Below are positions 1 through 11,429 of a stretch of DNA of 64,000 bases, piece by piece; position 1 is the stretch's first letter; each line of letters begins with the position of its first letter. The notes under the pieces were generated by a model, which did no database searches, was not told the DNA's origin, and worked only from the letters and a program-made list of their open reading frames with translations. The stretch is taken from positions 18,662,001-18,726,000 of the forward strand of contig NC_135765.1 in the NCBI RefSeq assembly GCF_052425735.1, in the 5' to 3' direction. The translations under genes and the position numbers were made by a program. This stretch comes from Oculina patagonica (Eukaryota).

Positions 1-147
1 CAAAGGCAAAAGAACCAGTCCTTTTTGTTCCCCACTGAATCATTTTTGCACTTCCTCCATTGAATGTCCAACTGAAGTTAAAAGATGAACCAAGGACTCC
101 AGTCACCTGCTTTCCACCATATGGCAAAGTCCATTGTAGTTGACAAA
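1..147 (-). CDS. Partial V-like Ig exon of a paralog of the Ig-FN3 receptor family (runs off the window)
   Basis: Minus-strand acceptor (ttttcttttctatgtacag) then a phase-1 frame CQLQWTLPYGGKQVTGVLGSSFNFSWTFNGGSAKMIQWGTKRTGSFAF. It aligns with exon 2 of copies 1 and 2 ([27 protein letters not shown]). Confidence 0.8.
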
Positions 148-749
148 CTGTACATAGAAAAGAAAATTCCACTAGGCATGCAGACCATACAAAGTTATGT
201 AAAACATTATTTAGCATAATGAAGTTACTCCCTATTTGCCCAGGCGAATGCCATTTTTCTTAACAGAAGGCATGCATGCAGGTACAATAAAATATATTTT
301 CAGATAAAAGTTACCACGCCACAAACTTTGTAGGAGAGTATCATATGCACATTACTTGTCACAGTGCTTTTTATTAATATATACAATGACAAATCAGCAT
401 CTAGAGACTGGAACGATGATCCGTGCAATCAGAAGAAGGCAAGTGGCTTCCACAAGGATAAGAAAACAACAAGCACAAGGTCATCTATAGACAGCAGTTT
501 ATGTTGTTCAAACTTGGCTACATTTGTTCTTTTACAAAACTTTGCTTTTATAGAACTTTATGCAAAGGCAAGTCATTCATGTCAAATCAAGTCTTTCATG
601 TGCTTGCCAATTACTGAGGTTTTATGTTCATCTATGCACTGATGTAGATGTCGTGTGGTGTGACCCACATAATCAGCATCTGACACTGATCACATTTGAA
701 CAGATAAACAACGCACTGATTGTTTACCAAAGCAGGCTTCTCCTCTTGT

Positions 750-900
750 TACTTCAGCTTGTCGCCGATCTTAGCACTTGTGTAAACCGGTTGTAACTCA
801 GTTCCAATTTTCTTCCCAAGATCTTTCAGCTGTTTGCGTACTGCGTCAGCGGATTTCTGATCTTTGAAAGGTAAAGTAATTCGCACGGATTTGTTTGTTT
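750..900 (-). mobile_element. Penelope-like element fragment (region between RT and GIY-YIG)
   Basis: VRITLPFKDQKSADAVRKQLKDLGKKIGTELQPVYTSAKIG matches a motif common in cnidarian Penelope ORFs. Confidence 0.65.
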
Positions 901-1585
901 CGTTTATCTGTAAATTGGCAAGCACATGAAAAAAATCCACAATGTCGCGAGTCCTGACATAATATAGCGGCGCTTGTCCGCCGCTAGCTGGACCGTGCAG
1001 TTCCCACTGATCGACACAACAAATATCGCACCAATTTCTTTTATGGGACGCCTCCTTTATTGATGTATCTGACCGTGAAACTAAAAATAATTGATTTACA
1101 AAATTAGAAACAAGAAATTAGCTATAGAAATATTCGACGTGAATTAAACTTACATTGTTGCCGGATCTGGCGAGAGTTGTCATAGAAAAATCCTTTCCTT
1201 CCTTCGATAAAATATGACAGACAATTTCTTTGCTTTCCTTCAGACCACGAGTACTTGCGAAATCGATCAAATTATTGAATTGCACAATAGATGCGTTCTG
1301 TGTGGAAATGCGATACGACTTAAGGAGCGCGTGACGAGTCACCTAGTGTGACTTTATAAATTATTAATCAAACTATTGCTGAATCAAAAACAACAGAATT
1401 AAAACAAGGGAAAAACCCGTGCCATAGGGGCACTTACACATAACAATGATGTTTTCCGTTTTAAAGCAATGCCAAGGGAAACTTGATTGTTTAGTAAATA
1501 AAATGATTTAATTTGCGAGAGGAAACCAGCACTAAACACGCAATAATTTATATAATTTAAATGCAGCACGCACTGACACTGTGAA

Positions 1586-2848
1586 GAGGGTGCTAATGGG
1601 GTTAACAGTTAACTGACAATTGGACAAAAAAAAATAGTAGTTAACTGATATTTTGCCAAAAAGTTAGTAGTTAACTGATAAATGAAACGTTTACAGTTAA
1701 GTGACATTCTATTAATTATACTGAATACGATTGTTGTTGTAAATAAAAGCAACAAGTTTTTTCCTAACAGAAAATATTTCGTGGCATTTACCTGCCCCGC
1801 TACGTGACTAGGTGACATATTAACTGATATTTAAATTATGCGAAGGATACCAGGGTCGTACCAGGCACATGTAGATCTCCGTAATGGCGTCCAGTGGGGA
1901 GTGGTCAAAGTTATTCTAAGTTTTTTATCGAGATGATGACGAAGGATCGACATTGAAACGAAAACGGAGGTCGCGTACCGTTTGACATGGTAAAGCACAG
2001 TTCAAAGTTTGGACTCGGTGCATTTGACTTAAATTTGTTACATACTAACACTAAAATGGTGGTCGCATCATACTAATCAGTGCTTGACATACGCACCCAT
2101 TACAAGCCCACTGAAAAATTTCAGTACACTTAGTACTCCCCGTGTCACCCACCAGGAATTAGGAAAGGTTTTATCAATGAGACGCCTGAGACTGCTTGGA
2201 ACAAATTCCTCTCAAACAAAACTTGATGAGAAAATCCGACCAAGAGAAAAGTCCTGGGAACAAGGATCTAAAAGATCAAGCACTTCCAATCAAATTTCAT
2301 CTAAAGAGGTTACCTAAAAAGCTATTCTAAAGAAGTCTGGTGGAAGTTAATTTTGAAAACAGGAAGTAGGTCTTTCAACCGAATCTTAAATCTCGCCTTT
2401 TGTAACGCGATGCCAACCAGCAGTACCAAACACAGTCCAAACTTCGAGCAAATACTCGTAAAAAAAATGGCATTTTATAGAACAGCAACCATTGCACAAG
2501 AAAATATTCAAAAAAAACATTTCCTAATATTAACAAAAGGGGCAGGTCTCTCAAAGATACACTCGTAAAATCGAAACTCTGAAAATGGCTTAAATACACG
2601 TACGCGAGAGTCGTGCAGGCTGTTCTTTTTATTTTTTATCAGTGACGTGCTGATTATACAGTATTATTTTATTTTTATTATTATAATTCAGGTTATGACG
2701 CAATAATTTTTGCTGTAAGAATAGGAAAGTTAATAAATAACTAAAATTAGCAGTTAACTGACAATTGGCCAAAAAAATAGCAGTTAACTGACAATTGGCC
2801 TAAAAATTAGTAGTTAACTGACAATTGGGTACCCCCATTAACACCCTC
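1586..2848. mobile_element. Non-autonomous DNA transposon with TIRs and subterminal repeats
   Basis: Ends GAGGGTGCTAATGGGG / CCCCATTAACACCCTC (inverted, 1 mismatch). About 29-bp AGTTAACTGACAATTGG repeats at both ends. Flanks TGTGAA / TGGGAA are a possible TSD. Confidence 0.8.
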
Positions 2849-2899
2849 TGGGAACGCTAATGACCGCGAAACACTTCTTTAAAATATTCTAATATACTC

Positions 2900-3050
2900 T
2901 ATCACCTCTATTTACATTTAAACTGTAACTCGACCGTTATTTTTATTTTATCTACTTGATAATGAACTCAAGATGAGTTCGAAACGTCGTGGCTTATTTT
3001 CGCTAATTTTTATACTTAATTGTATATCGAAATGTTCTCTCATTAGGATA
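2900..3050 (+). mobile_element. Penelope-type terminal (pLTR) fragment
   Basis: CTTGATAATGAACTCAAGATGAGTTCGAAACGTCG (2955-2989): a hairpin flanked by TGATAAT and GAAAC, typical of Penelope termini with a degenerate hammerhead-like core. Confidence 0.45.
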
Positions 3051-3499
3051 TGATAATGAATGATAAAAACCATTCTCCAAAGGAAGATCAAAGACAGGCT
3101 AAGTGAAAGGGAAGACGAGACTTAAGGCATCTGCAGACGTTTAAAGAATATTCAAGTACTCTTGAGAACACCATGGTTTAAGCAAATTGCATTTCTTAAT
3201 GTTGTTAAATTTACGTTGTAATGATTGTTTAATTAATTGACCCATGTTATTACAACATTCATCAGTGTTTTTAGTTGTTTCGCTTGTGGCAAAATGTCTT
3301 TGATACAATACCAGAAGTTTTGCTTTGAAGAGTAAATATGCAGTGATTTTTTAGATCATAATTGTCTTGGAAACGAATATATGAAGGATCATGAACCATT
3401 CATGTACTTTTATTTGTCCAAAAGCGTGAAACTCGTAAATAACGCAGTAAGGAGCAGCTGTCACGCTGTTTACACCACTGTCTTATAACCTTTAGAAAC

Positions 3500-4080
3500 A
3501 GTCAATGCAAGACCCTTTAAAGCGCTCAAATTCGCCATTTTGTCATTTTCAAGTAGAACGTTTTGTGGAAAATTTGAGGAATCTCTTGAGCATTCATTTA
3601 TTAACTGTGAAACTTCCTCCAGCTTTTGGCTTTCAGTAACGAAATGGCTAAAAAATTATTTAACAGACCTTCATAATTTAAATGCTACTAATATAACATT
3701 TGGGTTTTTAGAATGGACCTCCTTTTAATAAATCATATTGTCATTCTATGTAAGCAATTAATCTTTCAATACCAAAATCTTAAAATAAAGCTATCTATTT
3801 CATAAAGTAACCTTCATTTTAGAGCTTTCAATAGCAAAACAAATTAAGAAACAAAACTAGAAAGTCATAACAAAGAATGGAAAGAGTTCCTCCCTGTCTT
3901 TAGGACTAGTTTTAGGAGATACAGTTTTTACAATTAACCTAATATAATAAGACATTCCCTTCATTTATTTGTAAGAAGCTATTATTTTTCTCAGTGTTTT
4001 GTTTTATAAGGTTAAATGTTCCTTTTTTTGTTTTTTCTTCTTCTATTCTTTGTTAAGTGTGTTTCTTCGATGGATAAAGT
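3500..4080 (+). mobile_element. L1/Tx1-type LINE 3' end (zf-RVT region), degraded
   Basis: TFCGKFEESLEHSFINCETSSSFWLSVTKWL is a C-x-H-x-C-x-W zinc-binding-domain pattern, followed by a T-rich 3' UTR. Confidence 0.7.
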
Positions 4081-4169
4081 GTTTACAAAAAGTTCAAGTA
4101 GTTCAGCAGATCGACATAGAGATGGTCTTAGGATCAGTTGCAGAATGGTATAGTTAATGAAGACGTTGC

Positions 4170-4400
4170 ATAGCCAAATGACAATCAGGAGATACAGAGG
4201 AAGCTGAGACTTTCTAGAGGTGCGGCGATTCAGCCCAAGGTGCCAGCCCTCTATGTCGTTGTTTGTTTAGACAGACTTCACGAAAACACCCATAGAGGAC
4301 GCTATTACCTGAAGCCGTGCATATATAGTAGGAATCTCCTTTGCTGGAAGTAATGGCAGGGCCATGACCTTTCTGATGTAAGCGAAAAAATCTCTGTTCT
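4170..4400 (-). mobile_element. Mutator-like (MULE) transposase fragment
   Basis: Minus-strand YIRKVMALPLLP and GVFVKSV*TNNDIEGWHLGLNRR..LPLYLLI; TNNxxEGWH is the MULE catalytic-Glu motif. Confidence 0.75.
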
Positions 4401-4404
4401 CGAT

Positions 4405-5061
4405 AAATAACAGTAATAATACTTTATTCAAAAAACACACAAATGGTATCACACAAGTGGTATCTGAAAAGGCGGACCTTGAGGTCATCCCTATTTAGGT
4501 CCCCTAAAAAACTATTAAAAAACTATTACATAAATAATAAACAATCTAAAAGTTAAAATCTAAAATATCTATAATACCTGGTACTGTGGCATATAATTAA
4601 TGAATGTTCATCCACTTTTTAAGGTTTGATTTAAAAATATTTAAATAAATGTCGTGTCCGAACAAATAGTTTGGCAAATTGTTCCATTCCTTAATAATTC
4701 TAACAAAGAAGGAATATTTGAATGCGTTAATTCTTGCTGATTTCGTTTGGATCTTAAACGGATGGTTAGCTCTCGTGCTTTTACTTCTACAACACTCGAA
4801 ATAATCGTTAAAGTCAAGACCATTTAATCCGAACACTGTTTTATAACATTCTACTAAGGCCAGGTACTCTCGTCGATGCTGAAGTGAGTTCCAGTTAAGT
4901 AGTTTGCGTCGTTCTTCGTATGGCATCTCGCGGGGTTTTTGCCCAAGAGCAATTCTTGATGCTCTTCGTTGTACTTTTTCAATAGCTAGTATATCTTTAA
5001 CTAGATGCGGTGACCATACAGGACATGCGTATTCTAGAATCGGTCTCACCAATGACTTGTA
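4405..5061 (-). mobile_element. CR1/L2-clade LINE 3' end
   Basis: ORF 4597-5052 reads YKSLVRPILEYACPVWSPH...FKYSFFVRIIKEWNNLP, followed by AATAAA and a TAT-rich tail. Confidence 0.9.
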
Positions 5062-5629
5062 AACTTAACCAAGACTTGGTCCTGTTTGTATGTTCTCATT
5101 GCGGAGAAGGCTTATGTACATACGTTAGATTGACGCGGAGGTATGGGTTCGTTTCATTGATAAAGTCTGTGTTCAAGCCCGATCGCGTTATGGAAGGCCG
5201 GTTAGGCGTCCCAAGAGACTTTAGTAAGCACTTGAACATTTCTGATTTATATTCTGTTCTTTTGTCTGTTGTTATGTAATTTGTGCATGTATTTTTCGTT
5301 TTCGCGCGTTTTTTGTCAGTTGTATTTGATGTTAGTTCAGTTCGGTCGGCGATAAGAGTTTCAAAGAATAAAGACGTTGAATGTACCTCGAGTCATCTGT
5401 AGAGTTTTGTGTTCGATGGAATATTTGGGCCCGTACATTTTGGTAGCAGAGCGAGGTTGATATTAGTTAAGTTACGGCCGAATCGAGCATGGAAAATGCA
5501 GAAGAAGCGTTACTAATTCCCAAGAACTTAAATGAGGCGAACGAATTAGTCAACAAGTTAACCATCGAGGATTTGAAGACATTTTGCTTCACGTTCGGAC
5601 TGTCGCAAGATGGAACTAAAGCAAGTCTA
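5062..5629 (+). mobile_element. LTR retrotransposon 5' end (LTR, tRNA-iMet PBS, start of gag)
   Basis: LTR-like segment with AATAAA ending ...ACA (5437), PBS TGGTAGCAGAGCGAGGTT (5441-5458), then ATG at 5489 reading MENAEEALL...LTIEDLKTFCFTFGLSQDGTKASL, cut off by a SINE. Confidence 0.75.
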
Positions 5630-5766
5630 TACACCTGAGTAGAGAGAGGCACTGTGACAGTAAATTGTCTTGCCAAAGAACACAACGCAGCGCTACGAAC
5701 AGGGCTTGAACGTGGGCCGTTCGACTCGGAGTCGAGCGCGCTAACCATTAGGCCACCGCGCCTCGC
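5630..5766 (-). mobile_element. tRNA-derived SINE (5' part)
   Basis: Reverse complement GGCGCGGTGGCCTAATGGTTAGCGCGCTCGACTCCG..GTTCAAGCCC..TGTGTTCTTTGGCAAGACA..CACAGTGCCTCTCTC: A and B boxes plus a common SINE core. Confidence 0.85.
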
Positions 5767-6404
5767 TGGTATGAGTTCATTTCTTTAAAGAGATTAGTGT
5801 TCGCTCGAGTGAGTAGTTCTTTGAAGGTTTGTTTGGTCTTTTATATATTATAACATTCTGTGTCAAAACGTATTTAAGTTATGTGAGCTTGTATCGAATC
5901 GACTTTACATGTGTAATGAATCAACTTTGACTTGAACTGAAACGACTTTGTATCAAGACGGTCGGTATTCAGACGTGGACGATTCGTACTCAGATAATTC
6001 TTACCCAATCAAGACATTTGCAAATCACTTCAAATTAGCTCGAGGAGCTGGCAAAACAAGAAAGAATACGACACAGCAACAGTGAAGTCAATTTTATTCA
6101 TAAAACATTCGAATTGCTATATCGTAAAACAAAATTGTTCCATTCCCATACAAATCCTTATAAATTGAGTCTTAGAGTACTGTGGCTCTTATCGTTTGAA
6201 ATTAAAATTGCAAAAGCACACACAATGAAATGAAATCGAATTACCCGGCATCTATTGCGGATAATCTTGGAACTTGGTTGCGTGAAACGATTTCTCATGG
6301 ATTATACTGTAAAGAGATAAAGTAACTGTCAGTTCGAATGACATTTTAATTTATGTAAAGAAGGGCGCTTTGCTTTGGCTTTGTTGTGTCGACGCTTCTC
6401 TTTC

Positions 6405-6490
6405 TGTTTTCGTTTTAGACCATTGGGTCTTCGTTTTAGACCAGTGGGTCTTCGTTTTAGACCGGTATTACACCGTTGGGTCTTCGATTA
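6405..6490. repeat. About 21-bp tandem repeat (TCTTCGTTTTAGACCA(T/G)TGGG), probably MITE-internal
   Basis: 3-4 visible copies. Confidence 0.6.
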
Positions 6491-6632
6491 CTCGCTGGAC
6501 TGATATCGGACAAACGACACGATTAGTATGCGTTCTCCATCGTCGAAAGCGTTCTGTATAGAAACGAGAGACGACCTAAGAACGCGTGACGAGCGAATGT
6601 GACTTTGTGGACGAGGCCTCAGAATAATTATA

Positions 6633-6985
6633 CAGCAGAACCCCGGTAACTCGAACTCGGATAACTCGAAAACCCCGCTAACCCGAACTAAATTTCGTTT
6701 CCCTTTGGGTCAAATTTACCCCGATAACTCGAATTCCGGTTCTTGCAACTCGCCACGGATGCTCATTGATTAGAGCAACGAACAGATCACGTTTGGGATT
6801 GCCATATTTCGCTCCAATCATAAGAATTTATGATCGTGTTAGAGTTTCAGACGAGATAAATTTTTATTTGCGCTGTACTGTATACTGAACATAAGTGCTA
6901 AAAAATCAGTAAACTGTCAACTATTAACTTGGCAAGTAAATATTCAATCGACCCTGATAACTCGAAACCCCGCTAACTCGAACCG
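6633..6985. mobile_element. Truncated Tc1/mariner-type MITE
   Basis: Starts TA|CAG with repeated (G)ATAACTCGAA subterminal motifs; the other end is missing. Confidence 0.55.
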
Positions 6986-7010
6986 CTGTCGAAACCAACA
7001 CTACGGGAAC

Positions 7011-7143
7011 AGTGCATTTAGAAGCAAAATCTGTGGCATGGATTTGTTGAAATTCGCGTTACTGAAAAAATATGACGTCATAACTTTAAAATTAATGTAA
7101 ATTTCAACAAATCAATGCTTCAGATTTTGCTTCTAAATGCACT
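7011..7143. mobile_element. Hairpin MITE
   Basis: AGTGCATTTAGAAGCAAAATCTG ... CAGATTTTGCTTCTAAATGCACT, a long inverted repeat. Confidence 0.8.
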
Positions 7144-7711
7144 CTACCCTAGACTGTCCACAGCCTCTCGATTTTTCAAGGCAAAAAAGCAAACGAAGCG
7201 AGCGTAAAGCGCGAGCGCGCGGCGGGAAGGGGGGCGGGAAGCGAGCGAAAGAAAAAAAAGAGAGGCGCTCAACGGAAAACAATGTAAGCTGTATGATTTT
7301 TTAGGGCTTTTGTATTCTGGTCACGTGACTTACCAAATATGGTCATGACAACCGAAAATGAAGGCAACCTCCAATAGAACAAACATGGCCAAAAACTAAA
7401 GCCCAGAATACTAAGAGAGCCCAAGATATGACGGTTAGAGGTAGTTAAGGGACCCCTTTACTCCATAGACAGCTCACTAAATCTAAGAGTAGTTTATAGA
7501 GAGTCACGATCATCTCGATTTCGAAAATCGAGATAATTTGAAAATCGAGATGATTTGGTGTGCGACAACCTATTGAAGAGATACGCTAGAGAGGGTCGAT
7601 CGTCGCGTTTTTAAAAATCGAGATGATTTGAAAACGAGATGATTTCAAAATCGAGATGATTTGGTGCGCGGCACCCATTTGAAGAGATATACCATACTCA
7701 ACACCGCCGCT

Positions 7712-8110
7712 ATGTCCCGTGCGCATGATGCCGCAGCAGAAGTGCTTAAAATCTCCTCATTTCCTCAGGCCCCGCCCAACAACAACAGCGTGCCACCCGA
7801 GAAAGGGAGAAGAAATAGCGTGGCTACCGCCGCCGGCGCGGAATACGGGTCTCAGCGCGCCGGTAACTGCGCTTATTTGAAAAGCATTCTCGCGAAATAC
7901 GAAATCACTGACGCCGTCGGCATCGACTCGTGCCAGTTTTTGGCCAACATTATTCAACAATTCCAGCTGCACGTCGGCAAACCGGTCAACTACGTCTGCT
8001 TTCTGTACAACTACTTCCAAGGGGTCTCAAAAGACGACTGGCCAAATAAAAGTGAAATTTTAAACCGGTTGAAAAAGGTTCTCCCAAAACTAAAGAAACA
8101 AAACAGCTGA
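7712..8110 (+). CDS. Intronless hypothetical protein near the Polinton terminus
   Basis: Open GC-rich frame from MSRAHDAAAE to LKKQNS*; no domain recognised. Confidence 0.4.
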   Translation: MSRAHDAAAEVLKISSFPQAPPNNNSVPPEKGRRNSVATAAGAEYGSQRAGNCAYLKSILAKYEITDAVGIDSCQFLANIIQQFQLHVGKPVNYVCFLYNYFQGVSKDDWPNKSEILNRLKKVLPKLKKQNS

Positions 8111-9332
8111 AACGTTGTTTGAAGAATGGTGGGGAGGTCTCTTTTTATCAGAGTGTACGGTGAAACGAGCATACAAGCTCTCTGCTACAGCCTTGATGCG
8201 GAGAGGGACTGGTACTAGCCCGCTTTTCCGCTCTTGGCTCGCTGTTTGGCTGAGGAAAATGGCCGCTGACAGCTGAAGGCAAGTTCATATTTATTGCTTT
8301 ATATCACGAAATCGATGTAATGCATAAACACATTTTATATCTGGTACTGTTCTAAGAGATACACAGACAATATCTAGCCCATAGTTTATATCAGATCTTC
8401 TTCGTGTCTGTGTTTTTTCTCTTGTAATATAAATGTAGTATCGAAAACAGGCAGTCGAGCAATTCGGTGCGAATGTCGTATCTAGGCATGCCAGTAAAAA
8501 GAAAATGATAATAAACGCCTGAAATACCTATTGAAAGACACCTTTATTCGTTTAAATTGTGCATGTAGATTTGTAGAATGATCTTTTGTGATCCTTTAGG
8601 TTTTTTAGTTCTCTGGAGTGACAGCTTCACAACGGCGATCGAAAGATCTCATAATAATATGGACGGTAACATAACGCTTGTCAACAACATCGAGGGATTT
8701 CACGATTTTGAAATAGATTTAGCAATTTTGAAATAGAAATATGTATAAATATTGTGCATAACAATTCCTGAATTGATCGATCGTAATAAAAAAAGGTCAG
8801 AATGCAAACTTCCAAGTTGACATGCCAGAACTTTGGCATGATCGAGTAAATAGGTTACAAATTTTCACAGGACCTTGTTAAAAGCGCCCTGTTCATAGGT
8901 TTGTAAAATTTGCAACCTTTGTAAACCTGTGAAATGCTTGTTTTTCATAAGTACATAGAAAACGGCATTACTTTTACTTGTTGACCGTTCAATGTGAATA
9001 AAATGTTTCCCGCAATGATTGCACTCTCAATATTACAGTCGCTGTCCGAAATCCGCGACAACTCTCCTTCACATGTTCAAAACTCACATATTCACCCTCC
9101 TTTTATTCAGATGCTTCTGTTAATAATTTATCGTGAAAATCGTCTGTTACATCTATGGGCATGTAATTTTATATCGAAATCGGCGTCCGTCATATTGGTC
9201 AGGGAATGGGAAACCCTCAAAAATTAATAACTGGTACCCAGAGTTTGCATCAAGGCTTTTCCGCTTGAACGGGCTCGCTTCGAACCCCTCCCTCCTAACG
9301 CCCTGCTTTTTACCATCAACCGTATGATAAGA

Positions 9333-9461
9333 AAAGCGCAGTTTTGTTCTTTGCGCCGTAAAGGCTCCATACTTTTTGTTGATCTCCTGGTACTCGGCGT
9401 CAGATGTCTCCCCGTCCGTCAAAGCGGCTGACACAAAAGAGCTGATTTCGCCAAGCGTCTG
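9333..9461 (-). pseudogene. GasderminX-like remnant of adintovirus/Polinton
   Basis: TLGEISSFVSAALTDGETSDAEYQEINKKY resembles the IS.ALxDGxISDxEF motif of this family, recalled rather than searched. Confidence 0.5.
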
Positions 9462-9569
9462 CTGGCTGTTTCGCTGTGGTGCGCCTGGCTTTTTTCCAGA
9501 GCCTGCCGGATTTTTTCGATCTCCCCCGCCGGTATGCTGTCCCAGGGTCCATTCTATATTAAACTCACA

Positions 9570-9900
9570 AACTTTGCCCCATCCCCAGCTTCTGTTTTTT
9601 TTTAAGTTGATGATGTTCCTCGCTGCCGCATGCCCCCACTGGCTTTTACAAGCAGACAAATTTTCCCCATACTTTGCTTGGCGGTTTGAGCACAATCCGT
9701 ATTCCACATCGTGCTGCATCGCGATCGCGTCGGTCAGCCCAGTTGGCTTGGCTTGTTTGAATCTCCCCCGTTTCAGGGACGTATTCCAGCTGCCTTTCCA
9801 GCGGATTTTAGAGTCACGTGTAATTGTGCCCCGGCAAAGTCCAGCCCCGTTTCGGCTTTGGGAGCTTTCCGAGCACTGAATGGATGTCGACTCCCGTCCC
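9570..9900 (-). pseudogene. Parvovirus-type phospholipase A2 domain (PLA2X) pseudogene
   Basis: GVDIHSVLGKLPKPKRGWTLPGHNYT*L*NPLE (Ca-binding loop) and, after a frameshift, PTGLTDAIAMQHDVEY (catalytic DxxAxxHDxxY). Confidence 0.85.
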
Positions 9901-10029
9901 GACTTCAGTCGCCAGCTGGCTTTGGCAGGGTAATTGCGCCCGACCTTTACCCCTTTTTTGCAAGAATCGGGAGCCCTTTTTCAAGAGCAAGGTCACTCAT
10001 CCCCGCGACGAGGTTGCTGATAAAATCGC

Positions 10030-10474
10030 ACCCCTCAACAGACCCACCAAAAAACCTGGTTTTGGTAATCCCACAGCTCGCGCATTTTACCTTCAATATC
10101 TTCCGGTTGTTTTTGCTTTTCTTTCACACAGGACACATCCATGCTATATACAGGTACCCGCCAAATTGTTTTACGTTATCGCTCACACCTTTGAAAGCTT
10201 GCCCCGCAAGTTTTGCGCCCAGCGACGCTAACGATGGGGCGTGGCCTGACAAGATCATGCTCGCAGCCTCGGCAATCTTGTCTACTGTGCGGGGTTTGTA
10301 CCTCGCCAGAGCTCCGCCTTCTTTTACACCGTCCGAAAGGAACCGGGTTTTGGTAATTCCGCAAATTGCGCATTTTGCCTTTAAGAGCTTTCGGCCGTTT
10401 TTTGTAATTGCAACCTCTTCAGTGCCCTCCACATTGGGCGTGCGCCAGTTTTATTTCACGCAGAACACTTGCAT
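10030..10474 (-). pseudogene. Two DUF5679-like zinc-ribbon modules
   Basis: MQVFCVK*NWRTPNVEGTEEVAITKNGRKLLKAKCAICGITKTRFL (from 10474), and a second copy ..KNNRKILKVKCASCGITKTRFF at about 10050-10110. Confidence 0.75.
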
Positions 10475-10485
10475 TTTATATACTT

Positions 10486-10895
10486 ATGAAAATAGGTTTT
10501 TCACGATGCGCTCGTTTTCTCGGACGTCGTCAGTAAACATTCCCAAAAAATCCTCGTAACTGGTGCCTTTTTCGCCTTCGTTTAGGAAGAGGATGGAGTT
10601 ATACCCGAATCTCACGCTCAGTTCCTATTGGATTTGGTTGTTGTTTCTGAGTGCTTCCTTCTAACGCCATTTCTTTTTCCCACTCCAAAGGCGGCGGCAG
10701 TCCAAACGAGTCAAAATATTCAAATGTTTTGTTTTGAGCACGGCCAATGGGTCCCCAAATTTCCAAAATCATCAAGTTGCATGGGGAATGGGGCAGGAGT
10801 TTTACTTCGTCTCGGCTAAAAATACATTTGATAGGGATACGTAAATAATTGCACCATTTCCTCAAGTCGATGTTGGTGACGGGAACGTCTTTAAC
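10486..10895 (-). pseudogene. Adenain-like (Polinton) cysteine protease pseudogene
   Basis: Across frameshifts: PVTNIDLRKWC..IFSRD, NLDDFGNLGTHW (His), FEYFDSFGLPPP (Asp), NNQIQ*ELSVRFGY (Gln; catalytic Cys mutated). Confidence 0.85.
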
Positions 10896-10959
10896 TTTAT
10901 TCTTTTAAAATCTTCCCACGTCCCGAAGAATTTGCACCCCTCGCCCTTTCGGCCCTTCA

Positions 10960-11220
10960 GTCAGCAACCCTTTTTCGAGTATCTTTTTGACCAAACCAAT
11001 AGCCAAAGGTACGCCGACGGACGCCAATGCAACAAGCCCAGAAAACTGTGCCGCACGTCCTCGACCTACCAGGTGCCGTTCCACTTCCTTTTTCTTGTAG
11101 TCTACACAAGTAAGTAAAGTTCGATTTCTTTTGGACCAAAACCTGATCCAAAAATGTTTTTCTGTGCCTTTTTAGTGCCAAAACTCAAACCCGCGCTCGC
11201 TAACGCAACTACGTTGGGTT
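10960..11220 (-). pseudogene. Polinton small core/amphipathic protein remnant upstream of the protease
   Basis: ALASAGLSFGTKKAQKNIFGSG and ALASVGVPLAIGLVKKILEKG resemble the GxG-rich amphipathic ORF usually next to adenain. Confidence 0.45.
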
Positions 11221-11429
11221 TTTTATTGAAGGCCTTGCCAAGCTTAGCACACTAGAAATGTATTTTCTACTGGTATGCAGTCAATACAGTTCATTAACAG
11301 GTTTTTGGTTATTTATTTCGCTGTGTATGACACGCCGCTTGGGCGTGTCCCTTGGGTATCTCTGATTGGTTTGATAAGGTATTTATAGACTGTTCAGAGT
11401 TGTTCAGTCCTCTCGCTTTCGCATTCCAT

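Larger units (their letters stand above)
7488..11230. mobile_element. Decayed Polinton/Maverick (adintovirus-like) endogenous element segment
   Basis: Starts AGTAGT (Polinton-like terminus) with AAAATCGAGATGATTTG subterminal repeats. Carries adenain, DUF5679-like, PLA2 and GasderminX-like remnants in tandem on the minus strand. Confidence 0.85.

Noticed and set aside
9808-9816. TGA in the PLA2 frame as selenocysteine or readthrough
   Set aside because: A TAA follows two codons later and there are frameshifts; this is ordinary decay.
9376-10559. Plus-strand ORFs of 167, 282 and 135 aa
   Set aside because: They are antisense shadows of GC-rich minus-strand viral pseudogenes.
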